Assembly (NCBI GenBank): GCA_051294375.1
Contig: CM119267.1
Location: 2,363,738-2,427,737, forward strand
Direction: 5' to 3'
From: Paraspadella gotoi
Taxonomy: Eukaryota > Animalia > Chaetognatha
Length of the DNA stretch: 64,000 bases
In this document: piece by piece, positions 14,076-25,400 of the stretch
Layout: each line of letters opens with the position of its first letter
Numbering within the stretch: position 1 is the stretch's first letter
Position numbers and translations under genes: made by a program
The notes under the pieces: model-generated
Seen by the model: only the letters and a program-made list of their open reading frames with translations
The model's database searches: none
Told to the model about the DNA's origin: nothing

Positions 14076-14499
14076 CGAACCCTGTCCTCAGCCTCCCCAT
14101 GCCTCAAAATGTACCCGAGGCGCTTCGGCATTCAGGGCTAAAAAGTGGAGAGCCTTTTTCTCTCTCCCTGGGATGGAATCAAAATTCTGGCCATTAATTT
14201 CCATCTCGTGAATGAGATGTATCTGTTGGGCGTTGTCCCACAATCCACCGCTCCGACCACATCCCGCATCGCTCCGACGCACATCCACCGCGATGCAAAT
14301 TAAACTCAGCCGGTCTCTTCCTCTCGAGTGGGCTTCGTGGGCCTCCTGTCGTTTCCAACGAGAAAATAAAATGCGAACTGAGAAAAATGATAACTGCAGT
14401 CTGAGAACGTTAGTATGATGCCAATCAAGATGTGTGAGAGCTAGGCAGACTACTTCGTAGTTGTATGTGCACGCAGAAAAGACATAAGCAAAGATTAAG

Positions 14500-14537
<38 letters not shown>

Positions 14538-14980
14538 GATAGAGAAAAAAGGAGAGAGGAGAGAGACGATGCTGACGCTATTGTCGATCACCCGATTTTG
14601 ACGGTGAGAGGAAAATCAAAAACTCGCACAAAATATTGACGCCATTTTTATTGACAGCAACATTGGTTGTTGTTGTTTGTTGTTGTCGTCGTCGTCGTCA
14701 CATTGTTTGCTTCAATCGTCGTCATTATTGTGAATTTGGTTGAAACAGTAATTAGAACAATGTTTGAAATGATGTAAATTTTATTTGTTTGTTTTAACAT
14801 TTTCGTCATGTCCCCTACAACCGCGATTTCCACAATAACGATTATTTCATTTTTTCAAACATTTTTCTTATTATTATGATTCTTGCGCTTTTCGTAGTGC
14901 GTCACTCGTCGCTGTCGGTTAAAGGGAAGAGCGGCCGTCGGGTCATTTCCAATCTCTCAATCATTTTTCCAATTGTGGAG

Positions 14981-15030
<50 letters not shown>

Positions 15031-15198
15031 AAGAGAGAGAGAGAGAGAGACTGACTTTTGGTTTAACCACGAATTTCGTTCCGGTTGTTTGGCAGAGTTT
15101 ATACAGTTATAGAAGGAAGGAGGAAAGAGGAAGAGGAGGAGCGAAGAGGAGGAAGGAAGTGATATGAAGGGTGGAGGTGAAAAGAAGAAAACGCGATT

Positions 15199-15584
15199 AA
15201 ACAAGAAATGTGATTCCAATGTGTTCGCCCGCAGTGACTTTAGTTTCACGTGTATTAATATTGCACATGATATGACATACTATGACATGAGTAAAAACTT
15301 TCTTAGCCCTTGTATTCATGACATGACTGCATCGAGTCTTTTATTCTTATAGTTTTAGGCATATGCCTAAAGGCGGTGGCGCGAGCAGTCCCCTTAGAAA
15401 TTGAGGTTTTTTTCCTGTCTTAACAAATGAGCAACGAAAACTATTGGCAAAATTGTTGTGCATCTTTAACGTAAAATGGGACAGACCGAACGGACTGACA
15501 AACCGGACCGACAGACCGACCGACGAAAAAGTGACTTATAGAGTTGCTTTCGGCGAAGTAATTGCCTCGAGGCGCAACTAAAAA
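15199..15584 (-). mobile_element. Non-autonomous Helentron-associated element (HINE / DINE-1-like), copy in tandem unit C
   Basis: On the + strand it starts 'aaacaag' and ends 'ggcgcaactaaaaa'. It has a degenerate subterminal IR ('gttcgcccgcagt' at 15223 vs 'ggcgcaac' at 15571), an 'agttgc...gcaact' inverted repeat at one end and a (GACC/GACA)n microsatellite at ~15480-15525. It is colinear with the solo copy at 22058-22409. Confidence 0.65.
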
Positions 15585-16864
15585 GTTTGAAGTGCTAGAG
15601 TAGGATAGGAAATATTTAACCGCTAAAGTAATATTTAGGTGTAGTCAAGTACGACATTAATTGATCTCACTCTATTCGACCTTAATCATTTTCCCCCGAA
15701 TAAGGTTTTCGTTTTTGCCAAATTTTTAAAAATTATTCTCTATCACGTTTTCAATCTCAATTTTCGAATGAGAGTCGTGACTCGTGAGCTACTTCAGTTT
15801 TCACTTGATAACTCATAAACACTTAATCGCAAGGAAGAATGGGCGTCGTCCTCAGAAAGTCGATGCGGTAAAGGTTCGTGTAATACTTTAGTTAATACTT
15901 TACGGAAATTTTATCAACCATAACATATGATTCAAATTGTTTCATATTTTTGTATAGTTCATCTTGCTACGCGTGTACGTAATCTAGGTAAACGTCGTCT
16001 AAAATACTGTCTTAATTCTTATTTAAAAACTTTTATCAATTAAACTTTAATTATTAAACTTTTTTTCCAAAATCTAAACGGTCGACATTCAGAATTCTTT
16101 AAAGAATTTAAAAATTATCAATTTAATTTGTTTGGTAGCAAGTCATTTAAAACTCGATCGTTTCTGGTATTTCTGTATTTTCCTGTAATCTTGGTTCCTC
16201 GATAAAATATTTTCTACCAACTCGTCTCAATGTCATCTGAATTTTCCTCCACTGGCCTCTCATCATATTTTCCCTTCTATGTTTTACATTGTTTTTTTTT
16301 TACATAATTTAATAGATTTCTTAACTTTTTCTCTGAATTCCAACCAATCCTTGACTTGGTCTCAAAATCACAACGCACAATAGACAAGCGTTCCCTTTTG
16401 CGCTATCAACGAGTCTGCCCGCGCAATTACTTTTGCTCAGCGGGAAACGAAACGAATACCAAATCACAGTTGTACATAAAGCGACATTTGGCTCGCAGAG
16501 ATGGAGCCGCTGACTGGGCTCTGAACTTCAATTCCCACATATCACTACAATGAGACCACGTGACCACACCACTCCTTTTCTCTCTTCAACATCTCAACTC
16601 ACTCCTCATATGTGCCACGTGACTTCACACTACTCTTTCACATCTCACTGCACGTCGTTCTACATTTTGCCACAGGAAATGATTCTCGCAAAAGTTTGTC
16701 TCGCTTACGATCTTAATCTAATTGTTCCCTTTTTCCTTTTTTTCAATTTGTGTCATCCTCTCTTCTCTCTCATCTCTTCCTCCTCTTCAATCCTCGTTCG
16801 CTCCTCCTTCGCTTCCGCCTCCTGCTGAGGTTTTCCTCCAATCTCTATCATTTAAATTTCTTTT

Positions 16865-17532
16865 CTTCTTCCCCCTTGTCATTTGGTTTTAATTTATTCT
16901 AAACCCTTCCCCCTTGTTCATTGTTTTATTATTCTTAATCTTCCCCCTTGTCATTGTTTTATTTATTCTAAACGCCTTCCCCATGTCATTGTTTTATTTA
17001 TTCTTATCTTCCGCCCTTGTTCATTGTTTTATTTTTCTAACCTTCCTCTTGTCATTAGTTTTTATTTATTCTTAAATCTTCCCCTTGTCATTGTTTAAAT
17101 TTTATTCTTACTCTTCCCCTTGTCATTGTTTTATTTATTTCTTACTTCTTCCTCCTGTCATTGTTTTATTTTTTCTAACCCTTCCCTTGTCGATTGTTTT
17201 TTATTTATTCTTACTCTTCCCTGGTCAATTGTTTTATTTATTCATTACGTTCTTCTCCCTTGGTCATTTGTTTTTATTTATTCTTACTCTTCCCCCTTCC
17301 CCCCATTGTCCATGGTTTTATTTATACTTACTCTTCCCCCCTGTCCATTGTTTATTTTATTCTAACTCTTCCCCCTTGTCATTGTTTTCTTTATTCCTTA
17401 CCTTCCCCTTACCCCCTTGTCCATTATTTTATTTATTAATTACTCTCCCCTTGTTATTGGTTTTATTTATTCTTTAGCTCTTCTCTCCTTGTCATTGGTT
17501 TATTTATTTCCAACCCTTCCCCCTGTCAATTG

Positions 17533-17616
<84 letters not shown>

Positions 17617-17627
17617 TTTATTATTTT
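16865..17627 (+). repeat. ~30-bp minisatellite followed by (ATT)n, unit copy D
   Basis: Same unit with more indels; (ATT)n at ~17539-17627. Confidence 0.9.
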
Positions 17628-18618
17628 AATTTTTTTCTTTTCAATCAGTTTTGAAATTTTTCTTCTAGATTTTTCCGCTTGCCCTCTTCTTCCAAACTTT
17701 TCCTTTGAATTTTTTCTTCCTCCTCACATCTTCCTCAAATTCCTTGACCACCTCTTATTTTCACACTCTTCCTCCTCCTCACCTCCTCATCCTTCATCCT
17801 CCTCATCCTCCTCTTCCCACCGAAGGCGATTCCAAAAAAAGCCAAAAATCTATTTCCCTTCTAGTTATTTGGTCTTGTCTACTTTGAATTTTGTCAGGGC
17901 TAAAACGTGAAGCTACTACTCCCCTCTGCTCTCCTCTCTTTTCTTTCTCTCTCTCTCTTTCTCCTCTCTCTCATCTCTTCCCTCTCCTCTTCTTTCTCTC
18001 TCTCTCTCTCTTTTCTCTCTCTCTCTCCTCATCTCCTCTCTCTGCTCTCTCTCTCTCTCTCTCTCTCTCTTTCCTCAATCCTTTGATAAGGCTTTTGCTC
18101 CGGGATGTCACTCGAGAAATCGAGATTCACGCGACAAAAAGGTGTAGAAAACAATCAGAAAAAAAAAAATACGAAAAAAAATGGCAACAAAAGTTGGAAA
18201 AAACAGAAAACTGAGGATAAAAGATGAGAAATATTAATTAATTTTTGGTTTAGTATCGCAATTTTATTTTTAGAATGGAAGGAAGGAAGCCTGTCCAGAA
18301 TCAGGGCAGACCAGAATGCTTATTCAATAATCATTAAGTGGTGTATAATTTCGTCTATTCGGCTTGTATCATTTGTCATAACTTATTATTCTATTTAGTT
18401 ATCTTTACTTGACATTTTAAGTTTGAAGCAGTTTTGTATGAACCGAATGAACAACTATCTTCCCTTTCATCTTCCCCGCTTGAGATTTATCCTTATCACT
18501 TCCCCGGACGCCAAAACATTACCTTGTCTCAACTTTGCTCCCAAATGTATTTCAAAGCACTCTCTTCTCTCTTTCAACTCTCTCTCTCTTTACTGTCTTG
18601 CTCTCTCCTCTCTCTCTC

Positions 18619-18655
<37 letters not shown>

Positions 18656-21260
18656 TCTCTTCTCTCTCTCTCTCTCTCACTCTCTCTTAGCTCTGGCCTG
18701 TCTTTCTCGCCACTCTCTCTCTCTTAGCTCTTTTTTTCCTTTCTTTCTCTTTCCATATTCTTTTTTTCACTCTCTCACACTTTCCCCTACTTTCCGCACA
18801 CGAAAAGAGCAGCACCTTAATGGTAAATGCCTATCGCACTTTTATATCAACTTAGAATCAGTGCACCGATTATTTCTCCGAACGTCGTCTCGTCTCTTTC
18901 TAAGACGGAAAATAAAATGCCTAATTGAATTCTCACTCTCTCTCTCCTTCTCTCTCTCTCTCACTGTCCTCCTGCGGATTTTTAAAACAAGGGCGCAGCG
19001 ACGAAAGATTTGATGAAATCGCGTGGAAATGCTCAACTCTGGGCCTCGTCGTCGTAGTCGGGCGTCGTGCGTCGTTCGTCCGTCTTAAGACTTAATTCGC
19101 GTTTTATCGTCGAACTTATCGTCGTCGTCGTTTTATTCCTTTTCAGTCATCATCATCAATCGTTCAGAAAGAAGCGTTTTGTTGTTATCCAAAGTTTTCC
19201 CACTTAGAATTTATTTCATTTTCGTTTCATTACAAAGAAGAACAAATAAATAATAAATTCGAACCTATAGTACAATGTATAGTGATAAACTACGAAGATG
19301 ACCAGAGAAAAGTTTTAGACAAACATTTCAAATTTTACAAAACGGAAAATATTTTAATTTTCAAGGAGATGATTTTTAACTGATGCACTGGGGTTGGTGT
19401 CATTGCAAGTGGTTATCATTATATATTAATTTATGCATACTCATGATAGCTAACGGGGAAGAAATGAGTGGTTGTGCCTCAGTAGATTTGGTTTCGATCA
19501 CGTTGGCTGACTTTAGTTCTCTTATTCAAATTAACGTTCAGAATTTGGAAACAGGGTTGGTAAAGTTATTTATCAACATACAATTTGGCGACGAGACGGG
19601 ATAATAATGTTTATTAACATAAAACGATGTGTGTAAATTAATTTTTAATTTCGAGATTTAAAAATATAAAACGTGAGTGTAAAATAATTAAAAATAACGC
19701 CCAAACGGCGAGTTAAAAACGTTGAACGTTCGTGTAGGCAACGTACTTTTTCTCGGCCACGATAATTTCGAAACATTGCTAAAGTAAAAAATAAGACAGA
19801 TACTGAATTTTCCCCGCTTTTCGGCGAACTGAATCAGTGTGTAGAACTTTTTCCTAAATAATTTGGGCCGTTTCGATCGGCGATATCGTCCGGCCGATGA
19901 CTTCGCGGACGGTCGAAACTTTCATTCAGCACCGTCGGCCGCCACGAGGCGTCGAAAAGCAAAAGGGTAATGAAACAATTAAATAATTATCAAATGACGA
20001 ATGAATGAATAATCGATGAATTTTATTTAAATAAGACATTAAATCTCACAATGTTTATAGAGCATTTCTCATAAGTTTAATCAGTTCCACAAGAGAGTTT
20101 GTTTCATGAAATCCTGACACTTTTTTTTCTTCTCTTCCTTCCTTCTGCCTTCTCTCTTCCTCTTCCTTACTTTACTTTTTTCTTGTCTTCTCTCCCTACT
20201 TCTTCCTCCTTCCTCCTTCTCGCCCTGTCTTCTTCCTTCTTCTATACGTCTTCCCTTCCTTCCTTCTTTCTCCTTTTTTTCCGCTCCTCCTCTTTCGCCT
20301 CTCCTCTCTCTTTCTTCTAGACTTCTTCTTCCATTCCTTCCTCCTCTCTCCTCCTTCTTCCTCCTTCTTCCTTTCTCTTCCTCTCCTTCCTCCTCCTCGC
20401 TCCTCCACCTCTTACCTCTTTTCCTTCGTTCTTCTTCTTTCTCCTCTTCGCTCCTTCCCCTCCTCCTTCTTCCCTTCCCTTCTTCCTTCTTTTCCTTTCT
20501 CCCTCCTTCTTCCTCCTTCTTCTCTCCTCTTCCTCCTCCTCCTCCTCCTTCTCTTTCCTTCCCTTCTTCTTTCATCTTCCTCCTATCCTCCTCCTTCCTT
20601 CCCTTCCCTCCTTTTTCCTCCTTTCTCCCTCCTTCTTCTCTTCTTCTACTCCTCTTCTCCTCCTGTACATCCTGCCCGTCCTTCTCCCTTCGCTTTTTCT
20701 TTCCCTTCTTCCTTCTCTCTCCTCTTCCTTTCTCCTTCCTCTCTCCTTCTTCGCTTCTTTCCTTCCTTCCTCCTTCTTGTTCCTCCTTCTTCTCCTCCCT
20801 TCCTGCCTTCTTCTCCACCTTTTCTTCCTTCTTCTCCTTCCTTCCTGCTTCTGCCTTCTTCCTTATTCCCTCCTTCCTTCTTACCTCTTCTTCTCTCCTC
20901 TACCATCCTCCTCCACCTTCCTTCCTTCTTCCGTCGCTCCCTTCGCTTGCCTTGGTTCCTTCCTTCCCCTCCTCCTTCCTTCTATCCTCCTTCTCCCTTC
21001 TCCCTCTCATCCTCCCTCGAACCCTGTCCTCAGCCTCCCCATGCCTCAAAATTGTACCCGAAGGCGCTTCGGCAATCTAGGGCTAAAAAAGTGGAGAGCC
21101 TTTTCTCTCTCCCTGGGAATGGAATCAAAATTCTGAGCCATTAATTTCCATCTCCGTGAATGGAGATGTAATCTGTTGGGCGTTTGGTCCTCGCTCCTCC
21201 TCCTACTCTCTGATAGATGAGCGCCTTCATTTCGCTGACTCAAGAGTCTCAGAGAAGGCA

Positions 21261-21364
21261 CCGTCTCCGCCGGCCTCCGCGCCGCCGCGCCGTCTCCGCG
21301 CCGCCGCCGCCGCCGCCGCCGCCGGCACGCGCCGCCGCCGCCGCCGCCCGCCCCGCCGCCGCCC
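21261..21364 (+). repeat. (GCC)n tract at the breakpoint of tandem copy D
   Basis: Imperfect GCC repeats start ~70 bp after homology to the unit ends and lie just before a 25-N gap (21458-21482). Confidence 0.85.
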
Positions 21365-21870
21365 AATGGAGCGGAAAAGTGAGAGCAAGAGAGCCGAGAG
21401 GTGCGCTTAGTGAAGATTGAAGTGGAGCGCTTAACAAGCGTCTGGAGAGATTTGAAANNNNNNNNNNNNNNNNNNNNNNNNNAAAAAAAAAAAAGAACAG
21501 GCGAGCGATTTTAAAAAATAAGGGAGCTGAAAAACAGGACTTGAAAAGGAAGAGACTAAAGCGTGAAAACTGAAACGTCGTTTTGAAAAAAGAAGGAAAA
21601 AAGTTTAAAATCAAAGCAGGATAGAGGCTCCCCCTGCCGTCAGGGCCTTAAACTTCCACGGGTCATCTCTTCAACGTCTCCTCCTCCTCCTGCCCTCTTC
21701 CTCCTCCTCCTCATCCTCCCCTAATCCTCCTCCTCTTCCTCCTCCTCACGGATCAGGGTCTTGGAGATCGGCGTTACAACTCTCAACTGTCTCGGGTCGA
21801 CCAAGTCCACGGCGAACATTCCCTTTCCCTTATCTTCCTTTTATGTATCCTTGTTTCCTTTACTACTGCT

Positions 21871-21915
21871 AATAGGTATTAGGTATTAGGTATTAGGTAT
21901 TAGGTATTACCTATT
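21871..21915 (+). repeat. (TAGGTAT)5 heptanucleotide repeat flanked by the inverted pair aataggta/tacctatt
   Basis: 'aataggtattaggtattaggtattaggtattaggtattacctatt'. Confidence 0.9.
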
Positions 21916-22057
21916 CTCCCGATCCTACTTTTCTCTTTCCCCTGACGAGAGCATGGATAGAGCCAAACCATAATTTAAGAGCAAATTTTAAAAAGAAGGA
22001 ATCTTAACCAAGAAGTTGGAGCAACGATTTGCCTCAACATCGCCGTGAAATGGTGAG

Positions 22058-22409
22058 AAAACAAGAACGGTAATTCAAATGTGTTGCGCCGCAGTGACTG
22101 CCTTAACACGTGTACTTTTCGTGACATGACATGACATGATATGACATGAAATGAGATGACGTGACCTGACATGACTACAACAACTTTCTTAGCCCACGCA
22201 CTGCATCGGAATTTCGTCTATTGTATTTTTAAAATTTTAGGACTTCCTGAAAGGCGGCGCTAGTAGTCACTTAAATTTGAAGATTTTCCATTTTTAATAA
22301 ATGAGCATCGAGCAACCAACTATATGCAAGACAGACATACCGATCGGCCGACCGACCTAAAAGTGACTTATAGAGTTGCTCCGCGAGTACTGGCGGCTCA
22401 ACTAAAAAA
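22058..22409 (-). mobile_element. HINE / DINE-1-like non-autonomous Helentron, diverged solo copy
   Basis: Starts 'aaaacaag'. SubTIR GTTGCGCCGCAGT at 22083-22095 has a near reverse complement 'actggcggctcaac' at ~22389-22402, inside the imperfect palindrome 'agttgctccgcgagt-actggcggctcaact', followed by an A-run. It carries a (GACAT)n block at ~22122-22175 and a (GACC)-like microsatellite at ~22330-22358. It shares 'aactttcttagccc' and 'aagtgacttatagagttgct' with the copies in the tandem unit, but has different flanks. Confidence 0.7.
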
Positions 22410-25400
22410 GGAATGCGATTAAATTCAGAATCTGACATAAAAATTCGAAAGATTCAAAGTGAATCTTCGACACCGGACGATCCATTGGACATTGGACAAT
22501 GGAGGGAAGACTCCGTCAATTATCATTGTGATCATCATCAGAATCTTCATTCGATTCTGGAGTCTTGATTCCTCTGCGATGATAGTCTCAAGCAACATCG
22601 CACGTCGGTGATGAATTTGAGGCAAAATTTAAACAAAACGAGTTTTACGTTTGACAAAATTGAAAAAAAGTGATTACGCTGTTGCGACTTTGGAAGGTTA
22701 CAGATGCTGGAATTTACACGCACAGCTACAGAGTACGCATGCGCGGGACTTTACTTAGAATTTGTAAAAAAATTCAGTTAAATTATATTTACTACAAAAC
22801 TTCACGACCACAAATCTTACAAATGCTCGTCACCCAAAAATGTCTTGTTTTTGACCTAAAAGGAAAAAAAATTGAAAAAAAAGGAAAGCTTCCCCTCTGA
22901 TCCTTTTCGCAATTTTCCTTGAAATGAACTCAGGACGCCTTTAGGCTTTTTTCTCCAAATCTCCTCTCTCTCTCTCTCGTCTCATCTCTCTCTCCGTCTC
23001 TCTCGTCTCTCTCTCTCTCTCTCTCTCCTCATCTCTCTTCCTCTTCTCTATCTCTCCTCTCTCTCTCTCTCTCTTCTCCATTTTAGGCTCTCGCAAGGAG
23101 AAAAACCCATCACACAGTAAGTACGCACGGCAAAATTAAAACGTCCTCCACACTTTTCTGTTTTACTTGTGATCGCTCCCACCTTCTCTTACCCTTTTCT
23201 GCTCCCGCCTTCTCTTTCCCCCCTTCTTTCTTCTCCCCCCCTGTACCACCCGCGTTTCTACCTTTCTTGCTCAACTTTTTGCTTTTCAACTTCGCTAAGG
23301 CATAAAAAGGGTCCCTTTAGCAAACATTTTCACCCGATAGATTCAGATATTAGTTGTGGCTTTTTTTTTTGTCTGCTCTCTCATCTCTCGTCTGTCCTCT
23401 CTCGTCTCTGCTCATCTCTCTCTCTCTCTCTCTCTCTTCTTCGTCTCTCTCTCTCGTCTCTCTATCTCTCTCTCGTCCGTCCGTCTCTTCTCTCGCTACA
23501 CGTTGCTAATGCAGTGTTTGCGTTTTCTTTGATGACTCCGTTTTGCCCATTAGGGATTCTTTCAATGTGTTTCGTATTGAGTAATTCCTTTAAAGCCCAT
23601 ATTAAAGAAGTGTCTCTACTCTCTCCTCTTCTCCTCGTCTCTTCTCTCTCTCTTTCTTCTTCTCTTCTCTCTCGTCAGTCTTCTGCTTCTCTCTGATCTG
23701 TCTCACTCTCTCATATCTCTCCTCATCATCTCAATTCTATCTTTTCTATCTATTTATTTCCCACATCCTTCTCTCTCTCTTACACTTTCTATGTATTAAT
23801 TCATTTACCTTTCCTCTTCTTCTCGTTTCCCTCTCTTCTCCCTTTCTCATACTCTTCACTCTCTCACTCTTTTATCTAACTTTTCGTTTCTTTATTGGAT
23901 CCTCAAAAATAGTTTTATTTTAGTTGTGTAAGGTTTCGCTTCCTTAGTATCATGTATGTTCTTATTCAAATCGTTTAAGCAATTAAGTATAAAAAATGTT
24001 GTTTTAAGAGAGGAGAGGTGTTATTTCTGAAATGATAGATCCTTATTTTTTTTTGCGTTTTTTATCGTCGCAAAGAAGTAGCCGTCAACCATTGTTACAC
24101 ATTTGTTNNNNNNNNNNNNNNNNNNNNNNNNNNNNNNNNNNNNNNNNNNNNNNNNNNNNNNNNNNNNNNNNNNNNNNNNNNNNNNNNNNNNNNNNNNNNN
24201 NNNNNNNNNNNNNNNNNNNNNNNNNNNNNNNNNNNNNNNNNNNNNNNNNNNNNNNNNNNNNNNNNNNNNNNNNNNNNNNNNNNNNNNNNNNNNNNNNNNN
24301 NNNNNNNNNNNNNNNNNNNNNNNNNNNNNNNNNNNNNNNNNNNNNNNNNNNNNNNNNNNNNNNNNNNNNNNNNNNNNNNNNNNNNNNNNNNNNNNNNNNN
24401 NNNNNNNNNNNNNNNNNNNNNNNNNNNNNNNNNNNNNNNNNNNNNNNNNNNNNNNNNNNNNNNNNNNNNNNNNNNNNNNNNNNNNNNNNNNNNNNNNNNN
24501 NNNNNNNNNNNNNNNNNNNNNNNNNNNNNNNNNNNNNNNNNNNNNNNNNNNNNNNNNNNNNNNNNNNNNNNNNNNNNNNNNNNNNNNNNNNNNNNNNNNN
24601 NNNNNNNNNNNNNNNNNNNNNNNNNNNNNNNNNNNNNNNNNNNNNNNNNNNNNNNNNNNNNNNNNNNNNNNNNNNNNNNNNNNNNNNNNNNNNNNNNNNN
24701 NNNNNNNNNNNNNNNNNNNNNNNNNNAGAGATAATCTACAATTGATAGCCACTTTGCTTCTGTCTAATTCCGTCTCTTTCTGTCGTCTTTTCTCACCCTT
24801 TTGTCTCCTTCTGTCTTTTATCTCTTTCTGTCTCCTGTCTCCTTCTATCTCCCTCTATCTCTTTCTGTCTCTTTTATCCTTCTATCTCCTTCCAGATCTG
24901 TCTTCTTCCGTCTGTTTCTGTTTTCGTCTGTCTCCTTCTCTCTCCCTCTATCTCTTTCTGTATTCTCTCTATTTCTCTCTCTTTCTTTTTCTTTCTTTCT
25001 CTTCTCTCCTTCGCTCTCCTATCTATTTCTAACTCCTGTCTTTTTCTATCTTCTTCTATTTCCTTTTAGATCTTCTTCTATCTCCTTCTTTCTCCTTTTC
25101 TGTCATTGAAATCCTAATCCAAGAGGTGGGATGACAGACTCGCCGGGGGGGGGGATGACAGCGTTACAGATGGAATCGGACAAAAAGGTGGGAGATGTTT
25201 CGATGGTGGTTAAGGTGGATTAGGGTGGTGGTTTTAAAGAATCAAGTGCAGTCGCTGAAAACTACATTCTTAGCACAATAGTGACTGGATAAAGCAGTAG
25301 AACTATTAAAAACTATTAAACTGTTAACCTAGAATAACTGCATTTACCAAACGTACAAATAATGCTTTTTAATAATAATAATACAGTAAATACAGTTATT

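Larger units (their letters stand above)
820..21190 (+). repeat. Direct tandem array of a ~6.75-kb unit: fragment 820-1071, copy A 1097-3528 (partial), copy B 3529-9720, copy C 9721-16466 (complete), copy D 16467-21190 (truncated)
   Basis: Unique anchors recur in the same order. 'cagggctaaaacgtgagctactactcccc' occurs at ~930, ~1582, ~4960, ~11101, ~17895. 'atggcaacaaaagttggaaaaaacagaaactgagg' occurs at ~1870, ~5258, ~11368, ~18181. 'gcctcagtagatttggtttcgatcacgttggctgac' occurs at ~3288, ~6471, ~12602, ~19476. 'cagttgtacataaagcgaca' occurs at ~3529, 9721, 16467, so the C-to-D period is 6746 bp. Confidence 0.95.

Noticed and set aside
13207-14211. 334-aa ORF and overlapping E/K/R/G-rich antisense ORFs
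   Set aside because: Polypyrimidine tract; the frame is not preserved between tandem copies.
21940-21970. Hammerhead ribozyme core CTGACGA (similar CTGANGA at ~25542, ~38344, ~51601)
   Set aside because: No properly placed stem II followed by GAAA.
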